64,000 nucleotides of DNA, from assembly GCA_963737905.1 (NCBI GenBank), contig CAVTUQ010000040.1:32001-96000 (forward strand), in the 5' to 3' direction. The position numbers were made by a program, and so were the translations under genes. Origin of the DNA: an uncultured delta proteobacterium (GTDB lineage Bacteria; Desulfobacterota; Binatia; UBA9968). Below are positions 19,371 through 28,927 of this stretch, piece by piece. Below the pieces are notes generated by a model that did no database searches, was not told the origin of the DNA, and saw nothing but the letters and a program-made list of their open reading frames with translations. Within the stretch, counting starts at the first letter, position 1. Each line of letters begins with the position of its first letter.

Positions 19371-21599
19371 ATGAGTAAGTTGAGATCCAACGATAGCTGG
19401 CTTTCCCGCCTCATCCCTTTCGGCTTGGTCGGCCAAACCAAGCCCCGTCACTATCGCGAGATGCTCGGCGTCGTATGGGAAAACAAAACAGAACTTCCCT
19501 ATGCTTGGAATATTCTCAAGCATGGCGTCTGTGACGGCTGCTCCCTCGGTCCCTATGGCCTCCGCGACAATGTGATGGATGGGGTCCATCTGTGCATGAC
19601 CCGGCTCAAGCTCCTCAAACTAAACAGCATGGGCGCCCTCGATATGTCGCTCACAAGAGACATCAACGCACTCCGGGCGCTGGGACCGGAAAAACTACGG
19701 TCCCTCGGACGGCTATCCTATCCTATGATTCGTCACAAGGGCGACCCGGGATTTTCACGCATCTCGTGGGACGATGCTTTTAACCTCATCACCAAAACGA
19801 TACGCAGGACGCTGCCCCACCAGATGGGATTCTTCACGACATCTCGCGGACTCACCAACGAAGTGTATTACGTCTTCCAAAAACTCGCTCGGGTGCTCGG
19901 CACCAACAACGTGGATCTCTGTTCCCGGCTTTGTCATGCTGCCAGTGTCTCCGGGCTCAAAGCGACACTGGGTATCGGTGCGCCGACCTGTTCTCTGTCG
20001 GACTTTATCGGCACCCAGCTACTGGTTATTTTCGGCTCCGATCTCGCCAATAACCAACCGGTGACTACCAAATACATGCACTATGCCAAAAAAAAAGGCA
20101 CCCGCATCGTCGTCGTAAATCCGATGCGTGAATATGGGCTGGAGCGTTACTGGGTCCCGTCCGTCGCTACCAGCGCGTTATTTGGTACCAAGCTGATGGA
20201 TGACTTCTTTCAAGTGCGGGTCGGAGGAGACATCGCGTTTATCAACGGGGTGATCAAAACGCTGCTTGCGTTGAGCCGAGTAGATCAGGAATTCATCGCC
20301 AAACGCACGACCGGCTACGAAGAACTCAAAGCCGCGCTCGGAGCACAATCCTGGGAGATGCTCGAGGAACGTTCCGGGTTGTCGCGCCAGGAAATGGAGC
20401 GGTTTGCGTTGCTTTACGGTCATGCCCGCAGTGCCGTTTTCGTCTACAGCATGGGGCTAACGCAGCACGAGTTTGGCGTGGACAACGTGAAGGCGATCGT
20501 AAACCTCGCTCTATCCCGTGGCATGCTCGGACGCGACAAGTGCGGCATCATGCCGATCCGTGGTCATAGCGGCGTCCAGGGGGGTGGTGAGTGCGGGGCC
20601 GAGCCGGACAAGTTTCCCGGCGGATTCCCGGTCAATGAAGAAAGCGCCCGCCGCTTCTCCAACCTTTGGCGCCACCCGGTTCCTTCCAAGCCAGGACTCA
20701 GGGTACCGGAGATGATCGAGGCGGCAGGTAAAGGCGAACTCAACTTTCTCTATTCCATAGGCGGCAATTTGCTGGAAACCATGCCGGACCGGAATTTCAT
20801 TGCCAGAGCTCTGGAAGGGGTGGCTGTAAGAGTGCATCAAGATATCGTTCTGAACAGCTCCATGCTTCTCGACGCCGAGGAAGCGGTTCTCATCCTTCCC
20901 GGCCAGACCCGTTACGAGCAACGCGGCGGAGGAACGACTACTAGTACCGAAAGACGCATCCGCTTCACCCCGGAGATTCCCGGACATCAAATTGGCCATT
21001 CACTGCCGGAGTGGGAAATACCCGCCATTATCGGCCGCCATGCCATGCCCAACGGCGATCTCTTATTCCCCTATGAGGACACGCAGGGTATCCGTGATGA
21101 GATGAGCCGCGTCATGCCGATTTATCAAGGCATCGAGCAGCTCAAAAAAGAAGGCGACCATCTCCAATGGGGCGGCCCGTTTCTCTACAGGGCTGGACAA
21201 TTTAACAACATGCCCAACGGTCGCGCGCTCTTCAGCGTTCTAAACCCGCCTGACCGTCGGGCGTCCGCAGGAAAATTTTATCTCGCCACACGTCGCGGTA
21301 AACAGTTCAACAGCATGACCTTCGGAGCTGCGGATCGGCTCATGGGCGCCAAGTCAAGAGACATTATTTTTATCTCGCCCGAAGACGCCGAACGACTGGA
21401 GTTGGAGAATGGCACGCGCGTGGTGGTCCGTTCGGACACCGGAGAAATGAGTGGAGTTATCAAAATCGCTCCCGTCAAGTCCGGAACGCTCCAAGCTTAT
21501 TGGCCCGAGGCCAATGTCCTCATAACCCGTCGCACCGATCCCGTTTCGGGAGAACCGGATTACAACGTTGAGGTTTCTATCGAGAAAACCATTGGTTGA
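19371..21599 (+). CDS. FdhF/YdeP-family molybdopterin oxidoreductase
   Basis: CDGCSLG, GTNNVDLCSRLCH, MGLTQH, PIRGHSGVQG and TRRGKQFNSM motifs. Confidence 0.9.
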   Translation: MSKLRSNDSWLSRLIPFGLVGQTKPRHYREMLGVVWENKTELPYAWNILKHGVCDGCSLGPYGLRDNVMDGVHLCMTRLKLLKLNSMGALDMSLTRDINALRALGPEKLRSLGRLSYPMIRHKGDPGFSRISWDDAFNLITKTIRRTLPHQMGFFTTSRGLTNEVYYVFQKLARVLGTNNVDLCSRLCHAASVSGLKATLGIGAPTCSLSDFIGTQLLVIFGSDLANNQPVTTKYMHYAKKKGTRIVVVNPMREYGLERYWVPSVATSALFGTKLMDDFFQVRVGGDIAFINGVIKTLLALSRVDQEFIAKRTTGYEELKAALGAQSWEMLEERSGLSRQEMERFALLYGHARSAVFVYSMGLTQHEFGVDNVKAIVNLALSRGMLGRDKCGIMPIRGHSGVQGGGECGAEPDKFPGGFPVNEESARRFSNLWRHPVPSKPGLRVPEMIEAAGKGELNFLYSIGGNLLETMPDRNFIARALEGVAVRVHQDIVLNSSMLLDAEEAVLILPGQTRYEQRGGGTTTSTERRIRFTPEIPGHQIGHSLPEWEIPAIIGRHAMPNGDLLFPYEDTQGIRDEMSRVMPIYQGIEQLKKEGDHLQWGGPFLYRAGQFNNMPNGRALFSVLNPPDRRASAGKFYLATRRGKQFNSMTFGAADRLMGAKSRDIIFISPEDAERLELENGTRVVVRSDTGEMSGVIKIAPVKSGTLQAYWPEANVLITRRTDPVSGEPDYNVEVSIEKTIG

Positions 21600-21648
21600 T
21601 CGCAAAATTGCAGGCTGGTTATGACAGTCATCCATTGAAGAAGTGTTT

Positions 21649-22818
21649 ATGAATGCGGGAACCGGACTCACCGGCAACGAATTGTATCCTCGTTTCTCGG
21701 ACGCGGAATACGATCGGCGTTATCACGCGGTGCGCGAAGCCATGCGGCAAGACAATCTCGACGCCATTCTCATCTCCGGGGCCCGCGGCTCATCTGAGGT
21801 CCACTATCTGTCAAACTATCTCGCGCAGTCCCCCTGCTGGTTACTCTTCCCGCGGGAGGGCGCGCCTGCGGTGTTCATCCATTTTTTCAACCATCAGCCC
21901 TGCGCCAAAGCTCAGTCAACTATAAAAGATGTTCGCTGGTATGGCCCCGCGCCGATTCCAACTTTGGCCGACGCTATGCGCGAGAGAGACCTGGGTAAGA
22001 GTCGAATCGGTTTGGTCAGCATGCGAGGGATGGCTTACGGTCACGTCACGGAACTGCAGCAATTCTTTCCAGAGGCTGACTTCGTCGAGTTTGGCCCGGC
22101 ATTCGGTCGAATTCGGCGTGTCAGAAGCGAGGAAGAGCTGGGTTATCTCCGAAGGAGTGGGTATCTCACGGATTTGGCTTGCGAGGCCTTGGAGGAGCAC
22201 CTACGACCGGGCCTGACGGAACACGATATCTTGTCGATTATTTACAGCTCGTACATCAAGAACGGCGGCGAGCCGGGAATTCATTTTATTGCTACGACCC
22301 GCATGGAGCAACCCGATCGCTTCGTGCCCTGGCAAAAACCAACGCCTCGTGTAATCGAAGCCGGAAGCGTGGTCATTACCGAGCTGACGGTGAGTTACTG
22401 GGGCTATTCGACACAAATTCACCGACCCTTTGCCATCAAACGGGAGCCGCCGCCACTCTATCGGAAGCTCTTCGACACGGCATTGGAGTGTTACGAAAAC
22501 ATACGCAAAATATGCAAACCCGGGATGACCAGCGAAGAAATTATTGCTGCAAGCTCCGTCATCGAAGACAAAGGTTTTACCACCTACGACAGCGTCTTCC
22601 ACGGCGAAGCGGGAAAATCACCCGAGCTAGGCAGCCGCTCTGCAACGCATCCTGGAGAGCCATGGACGTTGATCGAAAACATGGTCCACGTCATCCAACC
22701 CAATCCGATCACTCCCGATTTCAAAGCCGGCCTGCAACTCGGCGCCGCCGTCATCGTTAAACCGGACGGCGGCGAACCACTGCACAATTATCCGTTCAAG
22801 TTTCCCGTGTGCGGTTAA
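21649..22818 (+). CDS. M24 family (Xaa-Pro peptidase/creatinase-like) protein
   Basis: FSDAEYDRRY..VREAM creatinase N-terminus; RRVRSEEEL; pita-bread fold with altered metal ligands. Confidence 0.8.
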   Translation: MNAGTGLTGNELYPRFSDAEYDRRYHAVREAMRQDNLDAILISGARGSSEVHYLSNYLAQSPCWLLFPREGAPAVFIHFFNHQPCAKAQSTIKDVRWYGPAPIPTLADAMRERDLGKSRIGLVSMRGMAYGHVTELQQFFPEADFVEFGPAFGRIRRVRSEEELGYLRRSGYLTDLACEALEEHLRPGLTEHDILSIIYSSYIKNGGEPGIHFIATTRMEQPDRFVPWQKPTPRVIEAGSVVITELTVSYWGYSTQIHRPFAIKREPPPLYRKLFDTALECYENIRKICKPGMTSEEIIAASSVIEDKGFTTYDSVFHGEAGKSPELGSRSATHPGEPWTLIENMVHVIQPNPITPDFKAGLQLGAAVIVKPDGGEPLHNYPFKFPVCG

Positions 22819-22842
22819 ATCACAAACCAACAAGGAGCGAAA

Positions 22843-23565
22843 ATGAGCAACCCATCCGCAGCCGCTGTCAAAGTCCTCGCCTTCGATGTTTTCGGCACCG
22901 TAGTCGATTGGCGATCCAGTGTCATCGCCGAAGGCGAGCAACTCGGAAAGATGAAAAAACTCAGCGTGGACTGGACCGCCTTCGCAGACGCGTGGCGAGC
23001 CGTCTACCGGCCATCCCTGGACCGCGTCCAGAAAGGCGAACTCCCGTGGACAAAACTCGATGTTCTGCATCGGATGTCGCTGGAAGAGATCCTAAAGAAA
23101 TTTACGATCGAAGCTCTTAGCGAAGAAGAGAAAGCTCACTTCAACCGCGTCTGGCACCGGCTAAAGCCCTGGCCGGATTCAGTGCCGGGACTCAAGCGTT
23201 TGAAGAGTCGCTTCGTGATAACCACCCTGTCCAACGGCAATATCTCTTTGCTCACCAATATGGCGAAGCATGCCGGTCTGCCCTGGGACTGCATTTTGTC
23301 TGCGGAAAATGTCCAACATTACAAGCCGGACCGCGAAGTTTATTTATTGGTTCCCGGTCTTTTCGATCTGAAGCCCGAGGAAGTTATGATGGTCGCCGCC
23401 CACGACCGCGACCTACAGTCAGCGCAGAAATATGGACTGCGCACAGCCTTTGTCCACCGTCCGTTGGAGCACGCCCCGGGAAAGGCGGCGACAATTCCTC
23501 CCGTAGGTCGGTACGATTTTGTCGCGAAAGATTTTTTGGATCTGGCGGCCCAGATGGGTGCGTAG
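22843..23565 (+). CDS. Haloacid dehalogenase type II
   Basis: FDVFGTVVDW, LSNGN, YKPD and MVAAH motifs. Confidence 0.9.
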   Translation: MSNPSAAAVKVLAFDVFGTVVDWRSSVIAEGEQLGKMKKLSVDWTAFADAWRAVYRPSLDRVQKGELPWTKLDVLHRMSLEEILKKFTIEALSEEEKAHFNRVWHRLKPWPDSVPGLKRLKSRFVITTLSNGNISLLTNMAKHAGLPWDCILSAENVQHYKPDREVYLLVPGLFDLKPEEVMMVAAHDRDLQSAQKYGLRTAFVHRPLEHAPGKAATIPPVGRYDFVAKDFLDLAAQMGA

Positions 23566-23701
23566 ACGGCGTCTTTACAACTCATAATCAATGTTATACA
23601 AGCCGCCCCGGTGGATGAGGTTTCACAGTGGAGCTTATAGAAGCTATGCATCCTATGCAAAAGAACATATCACACTGAGGTGAACTCAAATTCCGGTTAC
23701 A

Positions 23702-24117
23702 ATGAATCGCGGAATTTTTCAGCAGATCTCGGACACGCGGAGACGCGAAGCAGCGACTCTCCTCAAAGCTCGTCATTATTCCGGCGCCTATTACATTATG
23801 GGCTACGCGGTTGAGTGCGCGCTAAAGGCCTGCGTGGCCAAACAGGTTCGACGATATGATTTTCCTGACAAGACTCTCGCAAATAAAGCTTTCACCCACC
23901 ATCTCGGAAACCTAATGAGCCTTTGCGGGTTGGATTTCGAACTGAAGAAAGAAATGGAAGCCAACAAACTCTTGAACTCAACTGGGCAGTCGTGAAGGAC
24001 TGGTCCCAATCTTCCCGCTACGAAATGGACATAAGTGAAGCCGAAGCCCGTGACCTTTACTCGGCGTGTACCGCTCGGAGAGATGGTGTGCTAAGCTGGA
24101 TTAAACGAAGATGGTAG
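23702..24117 (+). CDS. HEPN-domain-like protein (frameshift near 23970)
   Basis: GAYYIMGYAVECALKA...THHL..L / LNWAVVKDWSQSSRYE; one A missing in an A-run joins ORFs 23702 and 23923. Confidence 0.7.
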
Positions 24118-24497
24118 AAACAAATCTGACAAAAGAACTCATCGATGCTGGTGCCCAACTGGTCGAAAAACTAGACAAACGTGGCTTGCCGCCTAACGCG
24201 GCATTCTGGCTTTACTTCCCAGAAGAACAAACATGGAAACTCGTCTTGGTGGAGGTCAAACTCGTGAAAAAGGGTCCTAAAGCAGCTTATGCTGAGATTC
24301 AGAAGGTCCTGACAACCGAGAAGGAGCTCGAGAGCCTGAAATTGGATGATTTAGTTCTGGAAAAACCGGACGCTCGCATAGTAGAACTTATTCGAAAAGC
24401 AATGCGAACAGGATCTGGCATCACTGGGATTCGTTTCAAAAATAATGTTATTGACGGGACACTAATCGACGACGCCTATATCTATCGTGCGGCTTGA
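24111..24497 (+). CDS. Hypothetical protein translationally coupled to the HEPN gene (putative antitoxin partner)
   Basis: Start overlaps the HEPN stop; AAFWLYFPEEQTWKLVL; lower GC than flanks. Confidence 0.6.
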   Translation: MVETNLTKELIDAGAQLVEKLDKRGLPPNAAFWLYFPEEQTWKLVLVEVKLVKKGPKAAYAEIQKVLTTEKELESLKLDDLVLEKPDARIVELIRKAMRTGSGITGIRFKNNVIDGTLIDDAYIYRAA

Positions 24498-24648
24498 TTC
24501 CTGGATTACGAATCAACCCCTTTTAAGTACGACGGTTCACTGCGGTGGCTGAGCTGTAGCTATACGAACCGCTTTCGCCTCGTTCATTACATCACTCAAC
24601 ACCGTGATCGAATTTTTCGTTTCCTGTCTAGTCCATGCTAATTAAGTA

Positions 24649-25053
24649 GTGAAACTTTTAGTAAACATCGATGTCGATGATCTCGAGAAGGCCATAGCTT
24701 TCTATCAAAGTGCGTTTGATCTCCGTCTCGGCCGGCGTCTTTTCGGCAGTACCGTGGCTGAGATGACCGGGGCGTCTTCGATTGTATATCTCTTGACCAA
24801 GCCGTCGGGCAGCTCCGCTTCGTCTCATTTTTCTCTGCCGCGCGATTACCGTCGCCACTGGACACCAGTACATCTCGATTTTGAGGTCGAAGATATTGAA
24901 GCTTCAGTCCAACGCGCGTTGGCGGCTGGCGCGAAGCTTGAAGATGAAATTCAAACTTTCCCTTGGGGTCGCATCGCTAAAATGAGCGATCCCTTCGGTA
25001 ACGGGTTCTGCATCTTGCAGTTCACCGGCGGCGGATATGATGAGGTCGTTTGA
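24649..25053 (+). CDS. VOC family protein
   Basis: NIDVDDLEKAIAFY...HLDFEV...DPFGNGFC. Confidence 0.85.
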   Translation: MKLLVNIDVDDLEKAIAFYQSAFDLRLGRRLFGSTVAEMTGASSIVYLLTKPSGSSASSHFSLPRDYRRHWTPVHLDFEVEDIEASVQRALAAGAKLEDEIQTFPWGRIAKMSDPFGNGFCILQFTGGGYDEVV

Positions 25054-25116
25054 CCGCCCAAAATCCATGGGTCGCTCTCTCTGATCAACGCGAAACCCGG
25101 AACCCGTCAGCACTCC

Positions 25117-26895
25117 TCACCGCATCTGACAGACCACATCCACCAGCGCCGGCTTACCCTCCTTTACAACCTTTACCGCCTCGCGCAAGGTCTTGATGAG
25201 GTCTTTCGGTTCCGTGATCGGTCCCGCACCCCAGCAGCCATACGTGCGCGCCATGGCGCCGAAGTCGACGTTCGGGTCTTCGATTCGAATGCCGATGGTC
25301 TTATTTTCCACGGGGCGATTGCGCACGACAGCGATGCGCTCTTGATGCTCTTCATCGTTGAAATAGGAGCGGTTACTGCAAACGACGATCAACAACGGAA
25401 TTTTATGATGCACCGCGGTCCAGAGAGCGCTCACGGTGAACAACAGGCAGCCGTCCGGCTGGATGTCAACGCAAAACTTGCCGGAGCCCTTGAGGGCCAG
25501 CGCCGCGCCGAGAGAAGCAGGCAGGCCATATCCCAGACCTCCACCTTTGTATTTTCCTAGAATCTGGTTGAATTTACTGGCCGGAAGGCAATGATTTTCT
25601 TTACCTTGGGAACTACCATTGGTCAGCACCCAATCTTCACCCTTGAGCGCCTCGGTCATCTCGGAATAGAGCCGTGTCATGGCGATGGGCTTCTCGTCCC
25701 ATTTGGTTTTGGTCTCCTTTTCGAGAGCCGCTCTTTTCTCCTGATAAATATTGCCCCAATCCGCGCGCCGCCTGTCGATGTCACCGCTCAACTGGCTCAA
25801 CTTTTTCTCGGCTTTGAGGCGGCGCACCAACTCAGGCAAGAAGACTGACGTGTCCGCCATTATCATGAGATCCGCTTCTCGCAATTTGTTGAAATCCGTC
25901 GCCCAAGCCCGCAACAACAGGTCGTCGAGAGCGACGTTGATGATTTTAGCATTAGACGGAAGCAACGGCGTGGCTCGACGATTCCCTCGCTCCTGTGCTC
26001 TCCTGGTGGTCGCGCCTTCGAGATCTGGAACGTCTAAGGCCAAGACAAGATCCGCCTGCGGAATGACCTTGTCATTTTGGCCCGTAAGATTAAGCGGATT
26101 CAGCACCGGAAAATTGAACCGCCCGAACTGATCGAGTACCGGCGCGGCGAGCAGTTGCGCCAATTCGCCCACCGCTTTGAATCCAGCTTCCTTTCTTCCC
26201 ACCTGGTCCGCGATTATCACCGGCTTCTTCGATTCGAGGAGCCAACGAATCGTCTTTTCGAATCCCTCTTCCGGCGCTTGCAGCGGCAGCGGCGCCGGGT
26301 AGCGGTCCAGCGACGGAACGGTAATTTCGCCGTCCAGCTGCTTTTCCTGCACATCACCATCGTAGCAAATATAGACCGGCCCCATGGGGTCCGTTGTCGC
26401 CAGCCGATATGCGCGGATGAAAGAGTCCGGCACAGCCTCGACGCTGGCGGGTTGATCGTCCCACTTGACGAAGTCACGCACTAAATTTCCTTGCACCAGT
26501 GCTGTGTGCACCCAGTCGATCCACGGCCGCCGGTTCGCCGTGTCCATCGGGCCTGTGCCGCCCATAACGATGACCGGCAGCCGATCCGCCCACGCGTTGT
26601 AAATCGCCATGGACGCGTGCTGCAGTCCCACCACGTTATGCACGGCAGCGCCCATGGGCTTGCCTTTGGCTCGCGCGTAGCCGTGCGCCAACGCGACGGC
26701 GATCTCCTCGTGCGTGCAAAGAACGATCTCCGGCGCATGATTGCCGCCGTAATTCACCAGTGAGTCATGCAGCCCGCGGAACGTGGCTCCGGGATTGATC
26801 GCCACGTATTCGATTTCAAACGCCTTCAATAGATCGACGACGACGTCCGATCCCCATTCCGCCCGCGGCTTTTCAATTTTTTGTGCTTTTGCCAT
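25117..26895 (-). CDS. Thiamine pyrophosphate-dependent enzyme (acetolactate synthase / benzoylformate decarboxylase-like)
   Basis: NPGATFRGLHDSL, HEEIAVALAHGY, GLGYGLPASLG, and a PDG...N variant of the GDG-x24-NN motif. Confidence 0.9.
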   Translation of the reverse strand: MAKAQKIEKPRAEWGSDVVVDLLKAFEIEYVAINPGATFRGLHDSLVNYGGNHAPEIVLCTHEEIAVALAHGYARAKGKPMGAAVHNVVGLQHASMAIYNAWADRLPVIVMGGTGPMDTANRRPWIDWVHTALVQGNLVRDFVKWDDQPASVEAVPDSFIRAYRLATTDPMGPVYICYDGDVQEKQLDGEITVPSLDRYPAPLPLQAPEEGFEKTIRWLLESKKPVIIADQVGRKEAGFKAVGELAQLLAAPVLDQFGRFNFPVLNPLNLTGQNDKVIPQADLVLALDVPDLEGATTRRAQERGNRRATPLLPSNAKIINVALDDLLLRAWATDFNKLREADLMIMADTSVFLPELVRRLKAEKKLSQLSGDIDRRRADWGNIYQEKRAALEKETKTKWDEKPIAMTRLYSEMTEALKGEDWVLTNGSSQGKENHCLPASKFNQILGKYKGGGLGYGLPASLGAALALKGSGKFCVDIQPDGCLLFTVSALWTAVHHKIPLLIVVCSNRSYFNDEEHQERIAVVRNRPVENKTIGIRIEDPNVDFGAMARTYGCWGAGPITEPKDLIKTLREAVKVVKEGKPALVDVVCQMR

Positions 26896-26944
26896 AAGAG
26901 AATTCCTCTACTCCAATCTTTGCCTCATTGGCGCGCGCCCGAAA

Positions 26945-27040
26945 TGGCCTATAGCTGATATACTAGCCTATAGCATATGGCTTATAGCGCATGGTTCGCA
27001 TATCCCAAACTATATGCCATCAGCTATATGCCATATGCCA
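26945..27040. repeat. Heptamer-periodic inverted repeat (TRGCNTA / CTATATG-CCATCAG)
   Basis: TAGCCTA TAGCATA TGGCTTA TAGCGCA ... CTATATG CCATCAG CTATATG CCATATG. Confidence 0.65.
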
Positions 27041-27056
27041 GCGTTTCAACCACCGC

Positions 27057-27674
27057 CTAGACTTTGGGGATCTGCATCCCGCGCTGGACTGCAGGGCGCG
27101 CCGAGATCGCGTCGTACCAGCGCTTTACGCTCGAAAACTCCTCCAATTTCACCTGATGCATCTCGTGGCGCCAGACCCATGGGTACGTGGCGATGTCGGC
27201 GATGGAGTATTCACCGGCGAGATATTCTTTCTTCCCGAGTTGCTGATCCAAAACTTTGTAAAGCCGTAGTGCTTCTTTGTGGTAACGTTCGATGGCGTAG
27301 GGAACCTTTTCCGCCAGACGGAAGAAAAAATTGGCCTGGCCGAATATCGGCCCCACCCCGCCCATCTGAAACATCAGCCACTGGACAATCTCGTAGCGCT
27401 TGCGCATGTCCTGTGGAAGGAGCTTGGCCGTTTTTTCCGCCAGGTACATGAGAATCGCGCCCGACTCGAACAACGTCAACGGTTGTCCCCCCGGGCCATC
27501 GGTATCGATGATGGAAGGGATCTTATTATTTGGATTGATGGCAAGATATTCTGGGGTGAACTGGTCCCCTTTTTGGAGACTAATCGGATGGACTTCATAA
27601 GGAAGCCCCACCTCTTCCAGCATGACCGAGACTTTTTTTCCGTTGGGCGTCCCCCAAGTATAGAGTTGAATCAT
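27057..27674 (-). CDS. Glutathione S-transferase (YfcG/Nu-class-like)
   Basis: TWGTPNGKK, INPNNKIP, FESGAIL and YSIADIA motifs. Confidence 0.9.
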   Translation of the reverse strand: MIQLYTWGTPNGKKVSVMLEEVGLPYEVHPISLQKGDQFTPEYLAINPNNKIPSIIDTDGPGGQPLTLFESGAILMYLAEKTAKLLPQDMRKRYEIVQWLMFQMGGVGPIFGQANFFFRLAEKVPYAIERYHKEALRLYKVLDQQLGKKEYLAGEYSIADIATYPWVWRHEMHQVKLEEFSSVKRWYDAISARPAVQRGMQIPKV

Positions 27675-27688
27675 GGTTCGATTCCTTT

Positions 27689-28927
27689 CTATTGCTTTTG
27701 CGCCTTGACGATTCGACTGCTCGCCAAAACGATAAACACGGAAACGACTAAACATGCAAGCGACACCCCAAAGGGCACCACATAACTATGGGTGACATCA
27801 AACAGGAACCCGCCGAGCCAAGCTCCGACGGCGCCGCCGAGACCGATACTGAAGGTGAAATATCCGAAGATCGCGCCGAAGTGCTTGCCGTGAAAAATAT
27901 CTGCCGAGATGGCCGACAGCACCAAAGCGCGGGAGCCCTGCCCGAGCCCGTAACAAACCGCGTAAAGATAGAGCAGCCACGGGAGGGAGTTGTCCCGCAT
28001 GACGAGCAAGGCAAAAATGCCCACCGCGGAGATGATTTGTACCCAGGTGAAGACCAGTTCTCGCCTCATAACGTCGGCGAGATAGCCGAATAGGATCCGG
28101 CCACCGATGCTGATCACGCCCATGAGACCGAAGATCGAGGCAGCGAAGACTTTGGCAAAGCCGATATCGACGACATGAGCGATTTGATGGGTAACGATGA
28201 CTTGATTGCCCATACTCGCCAAGGTGCGAGCGATAAAGAGTAACCAGAAAGCCGGATTGGTCAGCGCCCGCTTGACCGTCCAGTCTATCCCTGCGGGTTC
28301 TTCAGCCGGCTTGTGCGCCGGCGCCGCGTCCTTCACGGGCATAGAAGAACGGGCCGGCAAAAAGAAGTGTACCGGAGGGATTACAAGCAAAGCCGTTATA
28401 AACGCAAGACCGATATAAGCGCTGGACCAGCCCCAGTTACTAATCATCAGCTGGGTCACCGGCACCAACATAACAATGCCGACACCGCCGCCTGCCCACG
28501 CAATACCAAGCGCCGTGCCGCGACGCTGAGGAAACTCGCGCGAGATAATCGCCACGTGAGGCACCATACCGATCAAGGCGATGCCCGCCGCGCTGACGAT
28601 CCCGACCCAGAAATAAAACTGCCAGATCGACGAAATCGTCGAGCTCAAGCTCAAGCCGGCTGCCAGGATCAATCCACCCAAGGTCAGCGTCTTGCGCGCG
28701 CCGATGCGATCGATCAAGCCCCCGGCAAAAGGCAAACACGCCCCTTCGAAAATTATTGCCAGCGAGATCGCCCCTGCAGTCGCAGCCCGTGACCAACCGA
28801 AAGCATCGAGCATCGCCACAAAAAACACGCCGAAGGTGCCGTGCAGCCCGCGACCGACGCCGATGTGAAGAAACGCCAGGGCGACAAGCCCGTATCGCCT
28901 TACCGTATCAAGAGAAGCTCTAATCAT
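27689..28927 (-). CDS. MFS transporter (OFA/MCT-like)
   Basis: FGWSRAATAGA, GGLIDRIGAR, FPQRRGTALG and FGYLAD motifs. Confidence 0.85.
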   Translation of the reverse strand: MIRASLDTVRRYGLVALAFLHIGVGRGLHGTFGVFFVAMLDAFGWSRAATAGAISLAIIFEGACLPFAGGLIDRIGARKTLTLGGLILAAGLSLSSTISSIWQFYFWVGIVSAAGIALIGMVPHVAIISREFPQRRGTALGIAWAGGGVGIVMLVPVTQLMISNWGWSSAYIGLAFITALLVIPPVHFFLPARSSMPVKDAAPAHKPAEEPAGIDWTVKRALTNPAFWLLFIARTLASMGNQVIVTHQIAHVVDIGFAKVFAASIFGLMGVISIGGRILFGYLADVMRRELVFTWVQIISAVGIFALLVMRDNSLPWLLYLYAVCYGLGQGSRALVLSAISADIFHGKHFGAIFGYFTFSIGLGGAVGAWLGGFLFDVTHSYVVPFGVSLACLVVSVFIVLASSRIVKAQKQ

